From: Octopus bimaculoides
Lineage: Eukaryota
Length of the DNA stretch: 45,121 nucleotides
Reading direction: 5' to 3'
Assembly: GCF_001194135.2 (NCBI RefSeq)
Contig: NC_068986.1
Location: forward strand, 107,547,247-107,592,367
The notes beneath the pieces were generated by a model. It saw only the letters and a program-made list of their open reading frames with translations, was not told the origin of the DNA and did no database searches. Below are positions 1 through 11,453 of this stretch, in pieces. Positions within the stretch are counted from its first letter, which is position 1. The number at the start of each line of letters is the position of its first letter. Position numbers and translations under genes: made by a program.

Positions 1-33
<33 letters not shown>

Positions 34-812
34 TGTATATGCAAAAAAATACGAAATTCCAAAATTTCGAATTGCACATTCTGCTTACTAAGAAACAACT
101 CTTTCTTTACACATAAACTGTATTTAGATGTTTCCAACGCATTAATAAGATGGTTCATGGTGTCAGGAATCTTAATTTATATTCTTGTCTATCATAATTA
201 ACGTGAAGAAATACACCTAATTAAATAGTACGTATGTTGTGATTCAATTACCATATATAGAGAGAAATACAATTGTGAACAGACTTGGCTTTTAAATTAT
301 AAAGGATAGGTGTAATTTAATTAGTGAAACAAATAGAATATTCATTTGACAAAAACCAATTCATCAATTCATAACATACTTAGACTCATTGTGTAAAAGA
401 AAGACGGAAGATAGTATTAACTGTATACAAGAGTTTAATTAAAAATTAGCAGTAAAAAGGAGAAATTTGCAATCTACCTCTACATACTAAATCATGTGCA
501 GAAGATGATATATAGATAAGAATCTAATATATAAATGCGTGTTTATTCATTTACATGCGTTTATTTGCCGATTTATATATTTAATCCTAAATGTCATTAT
601 TTCTTGATGTCTGTTTATAAAGCAATCCGAAGTAATATTAAACGTAAAAGAGTTAGGTTTATTGCAGTAATCGCTTGACCTCCGAGAAATCGCAGCAAAA
701 TATTCTAAAGTCGCATTCTGGTGTTTTCCTTTTGATATAAAAAGAAAAGATGTCTCGATAATTTCGTCTTGGACGCACATTTCAGTATTACAAATATTGA
801 GTTAATTTCATT

Positions 813-1068
813 AGCGAAGGCCTAGTGGCAACGGTTTTTCACTTACGATCTCAAGGTTGTGGCTTCGATTCCTGGATCAGTCGGTGAGTTCTGTTCTTAT
901 GCAAAACACTTCATTTCACGTTGCCTCCGTCCACCGAGCTGCGAATGAGCAACCCCGCGATGAACTAGCGTCTCGTTTAGGGGGAATGTTGTGAAGTCGG
1001 TATCTAACACGCCATGGAGACCGGATAACCGGTCCAGTGAGTCCGGGGTTGTTGATGATGATGATGAT
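813..1068 (+). mobile_element. tRNA-headed SINE, family D (CORE/Meta-like centre), GAT-repeat tail
   Basis: A-box-like ggcctagtgg and B-box-like ggcttcgattcc, then gttcttatgcaaaacacttcatttcacgttgc and a (GAT)n tail. A second copy lies inverted at 1650-1892. Confidence 0.7.
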
Positions 1069-1649
1069 GCCTGATGTTGCACACTTCCAAAAAAAAAAAC
1101 AGTATGATCATGAGTTGAACGCCTATGAGCATATGCTTTGCCAGTGAGCTATTACTTGCGGTTAAACGCCAACATCAACCATAACTTTTTGATACTTTAA
1201 CGATAGTGGGTCTTTTTATTGAAACCAGACACGAAATATCAAAGAGAAAGAAATTTGGAACTTTATATATTTATGCTGTTCCCAACGACATTTCAAATGC
1301 AAATGAAATCAAATAGCTTCGACTGGAAATCGATATCATTTGACAGTATTAAATATATCTAGTTATTTTCATTAGGCTTAGGTAAAAATAGCATGTTTTA
1401 TTGAAATGTCATACGTTGGTAACACAAAGAATATTTTAATAAACATTGAAATGAGACTATGTTGAAATATTATGAATAATTTATTATAATTCAACATCAG
1501 GTAGTGACGAGGGATATAGAGTCTCTGATGTCATTCCAACTCAGAATATAGAAGATCATTTATTTTGAAATCGAACCCTGTTCAAGGTTCAGTTAACCAA
1601 GAAGTCAGTCAAATTTTAGTTTTGGTTTATATTAGAAAATATAAAGCAT

Positions 1650-1892
1650 CGTTCTCGATCCCTATCGTTTCATAGGGGCCAGTTTCCCGGTTTCTGTGGC
1701 TTATATATATTTACCCCCTAGATGGTAGATATATGGAGTCGGGGTAATTCATTTTATGCCAGTTGAGTGGACTGGAGCAATCTGAACTGAAGTATTTTGC
1801 TCAAGAACACAACGCATCAACCGAGCCAGGAATTTGAAACCACAATCTTACGATCATGACTCCAGTACCTTTACCACTAGCCCACACGCCTC
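1650..1892 (-). mobile_element. SINE family D, second copy
   Basis: Reverse complement reads gggctagtgg...ggtttcaaattcc...gttcttgagcaaaatacttcagttcag and is collinear with 813-1047. Confidence 0.7.
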
Positions 1893-2639
1893 CTCTTTGA
1901 TTTATATACTAATGCTATATTTTATGCAATCGCTTTATTTTCTCATTTACATATCTACTTATATATTTCATTTCGTCAACTCTACGTTTTTGGTTTTTAT
2001 ATTGTATGATCCTAGGTGTGAAAAGATGGTGCTAATATAAGTGTTTGTAAAACTTCTTCTAACGATAGTGATTGTATTGCGAATAGTTTTTCTATTGATT
2101 TTCTTCAAGTTGTACTTGTGTTAATATATGTAGCTTATGCTTACAGTTTATACATCAGTCTTACAACCTATGTTTTTCTTTGAAGATATCCATACACATT
2201 CGTTGTTAATACTTTAAGATGAGTGTTTGCATTAATATTCACAAATAAGTAACTCACAGCTTTAACTTTCAGTATCTTTACACGCTACTGCTTGGTAAAA
2301 CTTGTTTGGAGTAGATAAAAATTTCCAGAGAGTAGATACAAAATTCCAAATTTGTTCTAAAAGAAGATTCTATATTTTAAGAGGATGCGAAATATAAAAA
2401 AAAAAATATGTAGTTGGATTCGTACTTTTCCCAATTATTTTACTGTATAATTAAAATAACGGGAGTCAAGAATATTTTACTGATTCGATTTGCTATTTAG
2501 AAATAACTTGCTCTACAACGGTTGTCACAGAATATTTACTGGGATAAGCATGTCAAAATATTGGAGTTTTTTCCAGTGTTACAAGGATTCAAAATCATAT
2601 GTCATTCATTTGACATTTGCCGTTAATTGATAATCCATT

Positions 2640-3075
2640 TCATCTTGGCCTTAGGTCTTCCTGTAGAGTTCACCTTACGTCGTGCAGCGAGACGTCTCCA
2701 ATTATCCCAGTTTTAAGCTAGTCATCTGTATCTTCCCGGGTGATGTTAAGTTGCTTCACATCTTGGGTTTCCCCGTCTTCCTTCGTACCTCCAGCGGTAG
2801 TCAGTGTCTTGACGCCTTCTGTATTTATTCTTGTCAGTCGGAAAACAATGCCAACACATTTCGCTTTTCTTTCCACCTCAATCTCCTGTGAGCTACGCCG
2901 ATTGGCTTTTCTCAACACTTCAGTGGCTGCGATTCTATCCCTGTAGATGATCTTGAGTATTCTGCATAGACACCATCGATGGAATGCATTCAACTGCTGA
3001 GTGATATTCACAGTCATTTTCCAAGTTTTCTCCTGCGTAGACAGCTGTTGGCAGGACAAGACTGTAAATCTAAAT
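2640..3075 (-). mobile_element. RTE-clade LINE, 3' end of ORF2 (degenerate)
   Basis: Minus frame TWKMTVNITQQLNAFHRWCLCRILKIIYRDRIAATEVLRKANRRS, followed by RWRRLAAR near the end. These are typical post-RT C-terminal RTE motifs. Confidence 0.75.
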
Positions 3076-3329
3076 ATATGGCATATATATCCCACTTAAT
3101 AACATATAAAGCCGAAACAAGAGGCAGTTTAGGAGATAGCTATATACAAGCACCTTAAAATTGTTCATGGGCCTTCATAAGAAGGGACTAATGTTTAAGC
3201 CAATGAAAATAACTTAAATACCAGCAACGAAAAGAAATTAAAAATTAGAGCATTATTAAATATATGGGAAAACAATATTTTCAGGAGATAAAGAAGAATC
3301 ATATCCGAATATAAAAGGATATCCAAAAT

Positions 3330-4140
3330 GAAAATATCGAAATAGCGACATCGTAAATATAATTATAGAAATTGTAATACTTCGAAAACAAAACTACAGT
3401 AAGAAGTAATTGAGTTGAGAATTATCAGTTTATAATACTACACATAGAGTTTTCAGAAAATCGGTTTAATGAAATGAAAGAAATTATAGAAATTTAGCTA
3501 TACGTGGGATTTAAGAAATAGAGTGGTGGAGAATTATTAATTTAAAACATTATTCACAGAGATTTCACAATATGATCTTAATGAAATAATGAAGGAAATT
3601 ACAGAATTTTAGTTGAACGTGGGGTTAATATGAAAATAAAAATATATTAAGAAAGAAAAATGTATTAGCTGAAGTTTTAGTAAAATTACAATTATAATAG
3701 CTACAATGTTTGCTATCGAAACACATTTGAAATTAGATGAATTCATTTTCCATGAAAAAATCGATTTCTCCAGAATTAAATTATAGCCATCATTCAGTGA
3801 ATTTATATTTATATATTTTTTAAATAAATGGATTAATCGCAAAAGAAAAAAATAATAATTTTTTATCGTGTAAACGAATTCAAATATACCTGAAGATATA
3901 AAGATGTTTTTGACAGATACAAACATTTCATAAAGAAATTTTTCCAACATATTATTTAAAATTAAAAACAGAAAATAATGAAATCTCAGTGAATGTTTTA
4001 GACATGGATATTTTTATCAAAAATAAAACAGAAATATTTCATGCATTATATGATAAAGGGGGCTTCTCAAATATTTCATTTCTTTTCAGAGTTAGAAGAT
4101 TCATCTATTTTGAACAAATTTTATTCTTAAACAAATTAAA
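3330..4140 (+). mobile_element. Penelope-like element reverse transcriptase relic
   Basis: Ordered motifs across frameshifts and stops: TWDLRN (3502), Y*FKTLFTEI (3535, cf. YDFSTLYT), FKYT*RYKDVF (3879-3911, cf. RYIDD), KEIFPTYYLKLK (3932), VLDMDI and ALYDK (4043, cf. LYDKR). Confidence 0.65.
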
Positions 4141-4383
4141 TATTTGACACTTCTCACGTACCTGGAAGTAACATCCAGTACAGACACAAATACACACACT
4201 TATACACCATATATGAAACGCATGAAACTTTAACAACTTGAGCCACTCTGTTACTGCTGATAAATATTAATAAAAATAGGTCTTCTCATGTTTTGAGTTC
4301 TATATTTTTTGTTTGCATCAACATATATATATTGATGTGTGTGAGTGTGTGTGTGTGTACTTACATTCTCCAATACACTACAA

Positions 4384-5010
4384 CAGTGGTTTCCAACCTG
4401 AGGTCGGCGAACCCCTTGTGGTCCGCGAAGATAGTATATATATATATATATATATAAATTTCATATATATATATATATATATATNNNNNNNNNNCGTAAT
4501 TCTTAATTATTCAAGAAGCTTGGCATTTCTCTAGGAAGTTTCTAGAATGTCTAACATCCCATTAATAAAAACAGCTTGCTAACCCAGCTTCTCGCTTCTT
4601 AGTCGATTAGACTTGGGGCCATTCACGTTGTTGCTATGTGCATATATTTCTTTATGCTCTCTAGCAGATATAACTGAAAGCCACCAATGACTATGGCCGA
4701 TGTGACTGAAAGACACCACTTCGCTATTGTTCTATATTTCCTATCTCTGAACTTTCTTGCAAAGATTACTTCATTGAACCAGTTTCTATTTGATTCCATA
4801 TATTATCATCGACAGAAGAATTAAATATATTTTTATGTAGTAAATGTACAGATCTTGAATTCCTTTATTATCTCTTGTAATAACATACATGCAACCACAT
4901 CAACACCGTGTACTGTCTATATATTTCACTACATATATATACATAAGGATAGACATACTAAAAGGGGTCCGTGAAAAAATTCATTTAAACGAAAGGGTTG
5001 GGAACCACTG
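4384..5010. mobile_element. hAT (Charlie-like) non-autonomous element
   Basis: TIRs cagtggtttccaacct / gggttgggaaccactg. Flanking 8-mers cactacaa (4376-4383) and cacgacat (5011-5018) form a 6/8 degenerate TSD. Confidence 0.7.
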
Positions 5011-5039
5011 CACGACATGAATGCATAGTATATAATCTT

Positions 5040-6035
5040 TGTGACATTGGCACATGACCTTCCCATTGAAAGATGGAATCTATTCGTTTAAATCTGCGGC
5101 AACACCTGATAGGTAATGTAGTTTTCAATACCAGATAAAATACAGACAAAGTTAACACCTACGAGAATGGAACTTGGAACATAAAGAGTTGGAGCAACGT
5201 AACTAAATCCTCGGGTCACGATTTACGACATTCTTTTCATTCCATTACCTTCTCACCGAATTATTGTGTGGAATAAACTTATGTCTAAGCAACAGTTCGA
5301 TACAATATTCCTTTTAATTTTTGGCACAAGGCCGGGAATTTTGAGGTGAGGGAGCAACTTGATTACATCGAACATCGACTACATTACATGACTAATACAT
5401 TATTTTATCGACCTCGAAAGTAAATAAAAAAAAAAGTAAAATAACCTCGGCAAGATTTGAACTGAGAACAAAAAGAGTTGAAAGAAATACTGCATCGCCT
5501 TTTTTTTTCCGCTGTGAAAAATATTCTTTTCTACTCTAGGCAAAAGGGCCGAAATTTTGGGGAGGGCGCCAGTCGATTAGATCGATCCCGAAACGATGAA
5601 AGGCAAAGTCGACCTCGGCGGAATTTGAACTCCGAACGTAAAGATAGTCGAAATACCGCAAAGCATTGCGCCCGGCATGCTAATGTTTCTGCCACCTCAC
5701 CGCCTTAATGTTTTCAAATTTTGACACAAGGCTAGCAATTTTGAAAAATCGATTACATCGATCCCAGCACTTCTCTTAATCAACTTAAAATACATGAAAC
5801 ACAAAGTCAACTTCACTGGAATTTGAACTCAGAACATAAAAAAAGGATGCCATGAAGTTCTTTTCTATTCTAGACACAAGGCCCGATATTTTGGTGGAGG
5901 AGGCCAGTCGATTACAACGACCCAGTACGCAACTAGTACCTAATTTATCGACCCCACGAAAGGATGAAAGGCAAAGTCGACCACAGTGGAATTAGAACTC
6001 AGAACGTAGCGGCAGACGAAATACCGTTAAGCATA
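5040..6035 (-). mobile_element. Stack of 4-5 co-oriented SINE family A copies
   Basis: Repeated ggcacaagg...gtcgac...ggaatttgaactcagaac units at about 5040-5220 (very old), 5315-5500, 5529-5704, 5710-5850 and 5862-6035. Confidence 0.8.
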
Positions 6036-6517
6036 TCTTATTAAGCCTATTATAATTTAGAGAGTTGCAGAGGAAAATAGTGAGGGTCAAGATATAGGAG
6101 TGGTGAAATAGTTATTCATATTTAGAGGGTTTTATGCAGCATGTAGTCTACAACAATTTAGAATTTAAATCCATTGGAAGTTGTCACTGCCTTTCTAGTT
6201 GATGGTGATATATGTTAAATGCTCGAAATACGAGCCTAGAAAAACAGCCAACAACCGATGAAGAGTCGTTTTTATGTTGTTTGTTTTGCTTTCCATTTGT
6301 GTCTTTCGTTGTTCGAAAGAATAGTTCCTGTTCCGTGTACTCGTGCTCGTATTTTTTGTTGTACACGTTTCATGACGTCCTGTGCCCACATATGCTTATA
6401 TATATACATGTAGATGTATGTACATATACGTATGTACGTATGTATATATGCATATATATATATATATATTATCTATTTTGTTATATGACTGAACGCCATG
6501 CATCCTCTTCCAAGTAA

Positions 6518-6579
<62 letters not shown>

Positions 6580-6636
6580 TACATATATACAAATACACAC
6601 ACACATATATATATATATATATACAAACACACACAT

Positions 6637-6672
<36 letters not shown>

Positions 6673-7374
6673 GAATTTTAACAGTTTATATAATGTTATA
6701 ATGTCAGTAATATTATTCTTAACACGGAAGATTTATCACTGCAATTAATTTTATAATCCATTCACGGAATTGTCAGCATACACGCTACTGAGAACAACAT
6801 CAACTGTATCACGTGAACATATTCTGTGCACGCTATCTATAATCTACTGCTTGTAGAAGAAATAGTTTACTTTATTGAGTCAAACGACAGATGATAACGT
6901 ATCCAATTTTGGGTTTATTTGTTTGTTATTTTGTTCCGTTTTTTTGGTTGGTTTCCTTTTTTATTCTTTTTCGCATTACACATGATTTATTTAAAACGTA
7001 TCACCATTACAAGACAGGGTATTTGACAGTGCTGCATGAATCTAATGTATAAAGCCTAGTTCTCTGAACATCAAGGATGTTACGTATTATACAGTAGCGT
7101 ATTTCTGTGTTACGCATGTGCGTTTCTGTATACATTCTGCTTTGACTATTATTGTGGTATCGTCACACAATAAGTGCCATGATACTACATTCGACAGAAT
7201 AACAGGTGCCTCATGTCCTATAAGCTGTTACTTCGCTGCACCTTGCGATATTGGCGAAGGTTGTTACTACTAAGGACACCGGAAACATAGTTTTTTTTAT
7301 CTTTCTTTGAAATAATGTTTTATAGATGTATTCATCATTATTATTATTATTATTATCATTATTATTTTTATTTT

Positions 7375-7870
7375 TATTGAATGAGTAAAAGAGTAGCGTA
7401 TGCCATCAAAGTGACCCTGGGGTGCAAATATACGAAGCCCAATATACCCATCATGACTACCCATTTGAAAAGGGTACACCAGACATATGCATCACAACCA
7501 TATGTGCACAACATTGTGATTTCATATCAAGATAAACAGCGCATGAACTTGCAGGTAGGGCTCAGTTAGAATTTTCTTCTGATCGAGTAGCCCATCCTTC
7601 CCGAAAAGTTCATGAATAAGGCTTATTTAAGGATGTTGAACACCCATGTTTCCAAAGGTGAATTACTCCAAAAGAAACACCCATGTTTCCAAAGGTGAAT
7701 TATTCAAACCCCAAAGAATTCTTCTCAACACATGGCTATGATGCTCCGCCACTACTTCTGCTCGTGATTAATGATGCACCTATCGTCAGCCACCAAGGGA
7801 CATGCTCAACTATTTGAAGTCAAACAACTAACAACCAAATCTGTGGTATTGAACAGAATATTTGTTGTCC
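7375..7870. repeat. Probable unclassified interspersed repeat with an internal 37-bp-period duplication
   Basis: The 27-mer aacacccatgtttccaaaggtgaatta occurs at 7639-7665 and 7676-7702. Repeat status of the wider segment rests on recognition only, since there is one copy in the window. Confidence 0.4.
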
Positions 7871-8088
7871 ATTTGAGGAAAAATGTGAATCCCCACCTTA
7901 CTCCCACCCGACCCCATGCTGTCACTCTTCCCCTACAGTGACCAACCTCCCCTTCCCCTCCTGATACAGACAATAACACAAACATACAGGTACCCCAAAC
8001 TCCCTAACCCCAAAAATGTGTTTTGGTTTAATTTATAGTAAGTTACACAAAAAAAAACTGAACAGTTTAAAGAATACAAATATCTTAC

Positions 8089-8144
8089 CTGTGTCGGTGG
8101 ACGTGGAAAGAGAGGAAGGGTTATCCGAAAACTCCGGATGCGTC
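8089..8144 (-). CDS. Candidate 56-nt internal coding exon (THPEFSDNPSSLSTSTDT in phase 2-1)
   Basis: Minus-strand acceptor tttcacctctcttcctcatacttcag|G and donor CAG|gtaaga are both near consensus. The phase-2 and phase-1 frames are open, and the segment is GC-richer than its flanks. Confidence 0.5.
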
Positions 8145-8364
8145 CTGAAGTATGAGGAAGAGAGGTGAAACTAATGGAAAATTTTTGGGACAGAAATATT
8201 GTACATAGGCGTGACGCAAGTAAGTTACCGCCTAAGTTAAGCTTCACCGACCTATATTTTAATTATCAGTTTGTTAAAAAAAAAAAGTGTAAATGAAGTC
8301 GCTCAGATGTGGGGTCGAGTGGCTTCGTTTCATTTCGTTATTCATTTTTTTCGCTTTTCCCATT

Positions 8365-8441
8365 CGTTTGTATTTTTTGTCCCCACTTATATGTTTGTAT
8401 TTGTTCCTCTGTGTTTAGCCCCTAATGGGCAATAAAGAAAT
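8365..8441 (+). mobile_element. SINE family A alternative 3' tail fragment
   Basis: tgttcctctgtgtttagcccctaatgggcaataaagaaat matches the reverse complement of the tail at 12551-12610. Confidence 0.6.
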
Positions 8442-8461
8442 CGCTGTTACAATCATCTGAA

Positions 8462-8875
8462 ATGTAACTGTCAAAGCGCGATATTGGAGCAATTTTGCTA
8501 TTCAACTTCAAAAACCAGCTGAAACTGCTCGAGATATCAACGAAGCGTTTGGTGAGGAATGACCAGTGAGTGGTCAGCTCGAAAATGAGTCTTGAAGATC
8601 GTGAGCGTAGTGGACGCTCATCTGTCATCGATGACGGTCAATTACTGCTGTACTGACACACCAACTATAACTTCTTAAAACCCGGAAAAGCCATGGCTAC
8701 ATAAACATATTGCCGTGAAATTGCCAAAATGAACGAAAATCAATTACTCCTCCGTCCCAGGCTGGTCAGCAGAAGAGGGTCAATCATTCTACATGACAAT
8801 GCCCGATCACACGTTTCACTAATGATGCTCCAGAATTTGAGGGAACTTGGCTACAAAGCTCTTCCCCACCCAGCT
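8462..8875 (+). pseudogene. Mariner transposase relic, internally deleted
   Basis: M*LSKRDIGAILLFNFK, AETARDINEAFGEE and SLEDRERSGRSSVIDDGQL are joined directly to FLKPGK...IILHDNARSHVSLMMLQNLRELGYKALPHP. Alignable to the 43.8-44.8 kb copy. Confidence 0.85.
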
Positions 8876-9049
8876 TGTGTTGGCTGACCACATGCCATAT
8901 GGTCATGGCAGATGAGGAGTTATCTCGACTATATGGGGGACTGACTGAGATTCTACTCAACAGGTCGTCCGGGAGGATCTGTGAATATACGGACAAACGT
9001 TGAATAAAGCAACGCACTGCAATGACACATGACCCCAAAACTTGACCTG

Positions 9050-10000
9050 ACACATTCAAATCCTCAGTTTTTATTATATTCTCGTTTTTATTTCGGTTTA
9101 TCTTCCCAACATTAATGTACAGCCTTTTACTCTTACTTCTTTGCAGTATTTTCGCATGACTTGGGTATAGTGCAATACGTTCTTTGTTGTGCTTTTAGAG
9201 ACTCCTAAACTACTTTGGTTCTTAAGAACAGTTTAAATTTGACCTTTACTATTTGTTCAGAATATGCACTCCAATATAGTAAGCTAGGTTCTATCTACTT
9301 CTATTTAAATACAATAGAAATAGTTTCTCCTTGATTACATTTTTTTGTCTCAAAACACTCTACTTATATCCTTCATTCATATTGATAGGAATACTTAACT
9401 CTAGTCGGATATTTACTTAGCTCTCAGATATCACAAACAGTTATTTCACCAAAGTTGAACAACTACAGAAATAATGTTTCGAATAAATATATAATACATT
9501 TTGCAACAATTTCTTTTCTTATTTGTTTTATTTTCAAAGAATCAAGCTCAAGCCATTCTCACTCGAAATGTCATCTTCATATTCTTGCTTAAAGTTAAAT
9601 TCTTTCTTTCCTTTTACGATGTTGTAACTGCCATAAAATGAAGACTTTGGAAAGCTATTAACAGATGGTATTTCTAAGAATATGACATAAGCAAATTCCC
9701 ATCGCCATACTGAAACAGTGCTAACCATAGCTATTTACGTCTCAGTATAGCAACACTACATTGTATATACAAATGAATATCTTCCAACTTGCAACAAATC
9801 ACTGCACCTGGTAGATTTTAGTAACGACCATACACTTAAGATTATCAACGGGGCAGTGGACAAACTTGAGCGCCAAAATGTACACCAGCCCTGATTAATT
9901 GCTTACTCTCTATAAAGACCAAAGGCTCGGATGGCAATACCACATATAAACTGGTAAGGTGTTATATTTACCCAGTTTGTTGCTGCAAACACAACCTACT
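9050..10000 (-). mobile_element. Very degenerate Penelope-like RT-endonuclease relic
   Basis: Minus-strand motifs in PLE order and plausible spacing: YQFICGIAI (about 9945), VDNL (about 9845), KIY, RWEFAYVIFLEIPSVNSFPKSSFYG (about 9700-9630) and YYIG (about 9290, GIY-YIG-like). A hammerhead-bearing terminus lies upstream on the same strand. Confidence 0.45.
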
Positions 10001-10264
10001 GGCTGATTTGCAAAAACCTTTCAAGAACACAGTGACAGACTATAACTTCTGTCACTGTTGTAACGTTTCCAGTTTCCATGTTTTAACCCCTTACGTGCCT
10101 CTTTGTACCCAAACTCACATTGTATACATTTTTCTTCCTTTTTTATCACGTATTTCCTCCTAAGAATCGTTTCAATTTTTAATATCGAATGCAGAAAGAA
10201 CCACAGCCAGATTTTATGTTAGAGAATAATCGTTAAAATTATGTCTGAATGCTTATTATATAAT

Positions 10265-10420
10265 ACAGTTCTATATTTAAGAGATGAGGAATTATGTACA
10301 TTATTTACATTTGTCCTCATCTTGTTTTTTGTTAACACAACGTTTCGGCTGATATACCCTCCAGCCTTCATCAGATGAGGACAAATATAAATATTTGTTA
10401 AATGTAAATATTGTAATTAT
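10265..10420 (-). mobile_element. Penelope-type terminal repeat (pLTR-like) fragment with fold-back arms
   Basis: Contains a hammerhead core. Inverted arms 10303-10322 and 10373-10392 match at 19/20. Confidence 0.6.
10331..10377 (-). ncRNA. Minimal type I hammerhead ribozyme motif
   Basis: Minus strand reads cat-CUGAUGA-A-GGCUG-gaggguauau-CAGCC-GAAA-CG-UU^gug. It has a 5-bp stem II, palindromic ACGU stem III, a GUU cleavage triplet and a 3-bp stem I. Confidence 0.6.
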
Positions 10421-10780
10421 TGTATGTTCTACGGAGGAAACAAAAATATTCCAGCAAGAGAAACGGAGAAAGTAACGAAAATAAACTTAGAGCGGACCGC
10501 GCTCTGGTTGCTTGTACAAAATAATTTGTAAAGTTTAAGGAAATGTCAAGTTCGTAGCTGCATTATGATGAAATCAAAAGAAACTGCAAATGATACAATA
10601 ATGTACATTCATAAAACTGAGTTGTGAGAAAGCAAAATAATGTTTAACGGGTTACTGTTCTGAAGTCTCCATACGACCAGTTCTAAATATCTTTTAATGG
10701 TTAAAATTTACTTTGTATTTACTGGCGGTTTCAGTGCAACTGCTAAGCACCATCATAAGTATCGTGAATGTATTTTGCAA

Positions 10781-10998
10781 GGTAGTGAGTTAGCAGAATC
10801 GTTAGCACGCCGGACAAAATGCTCAGCGGTATTTTGTCCGTCTTTACGTTCTGAGTTCAAATTCCGCCGAGGTCGACTTTGCCTGTCATCCTTTCATGGT
10901 CGATAAAATAAGTAACAGTTACGCACTGAGACCGATGTTATTATTGACAATCCTCTACCTAAAAATTTCAGGCCTTGTGCCTATAGTAGAAAGGGTTA
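10781..10998 (+). mobile_element. SINE family A, full length
   Basis: tagcagaatcgttagcacgccgg head, B-box gagttcaaattcc, core gtcgactttgcc...gataaaataagta and tail ggccttgtgcctatagtagaa. Confidence 0.9.
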
Positions 10999-11014
10999 TG
11001 ATCATATTTTGTAC

Positions 11015-11140
11015 GATTGTGTGGCTAAAAAGTTCGCTTCGAAACCACGTGGTGGTTTCAGTCACACTGCGAAGCACATTGGGCGTCTTGTAATGCCTTG
11101 AGAGTGAATTTATTCATAGAAACTGTGTGGAAGCCTGCCG

Positions 11141-11180
<40 letters not shown>
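11015..11180 (+). mobile_element. SINE family B head followed by (CA)/(TA) microsatellite
   Basis: Degenerate match to 19262-19420, ending gaaactgtgtggaagcc before the microsatellite. Confidence 0.6.
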
Positions 11181-11199
11181 AGCAATGTTAATTCTCTAA

Positions 11200-11453
11200 A
11201 TGAAGTATTAACAGTAACTGCACGATAAAGTGTAGTATATTGCCACTTAAGTGTGGCTGACCCCTAGGGGTGGATGTTACTGTTGCTTTTAGCCCCAGGA
11301 GGACATCTCCTCCAGCTGGCTTATCGACACACGACTGTGTCCTGTTTGCCAAGGGAAGTTATCCCTCTCACCATGATCTGTAGCACGAGCGGATCCGGAT
11401 TTCAGGGTTATTTCCCTTCGTCGGCGTTCGACAGCCACTGACCTTGGTGAGAG
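11200..11453. repeat. GC-richer repeat-like segment abutting a gap, possibly a retroelement 3' region
   Basis: Composition shift and a ggaggacatctcctcc hairpin. It runs into a 658-nt N gap and has no identifiable protein motif. Confidence 0.3.

Noticed and set aside
6215-6275. Possible type II hammerhead (gctcGAAA...CCGATGAagag)
   Set aside because: The core has CCGA instead of CUGA, and stems I and III cannot be formed.
8089-8226. Bidirectional promoter idea (outward donors at 8088 and 8220, TGACGCAA at 8212-8219)
   Set aside because: The strong minus-strand acceptor at 8145 explains the segment better as an internal exon, and short motifs occur by chance.
9261-9278. 18-nt plus-strand microexon signal (ttcag|...|gtaagc)
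   Set aside because: It overlaps the antisense strand of a probable PLE relic and has no supporting evidence.
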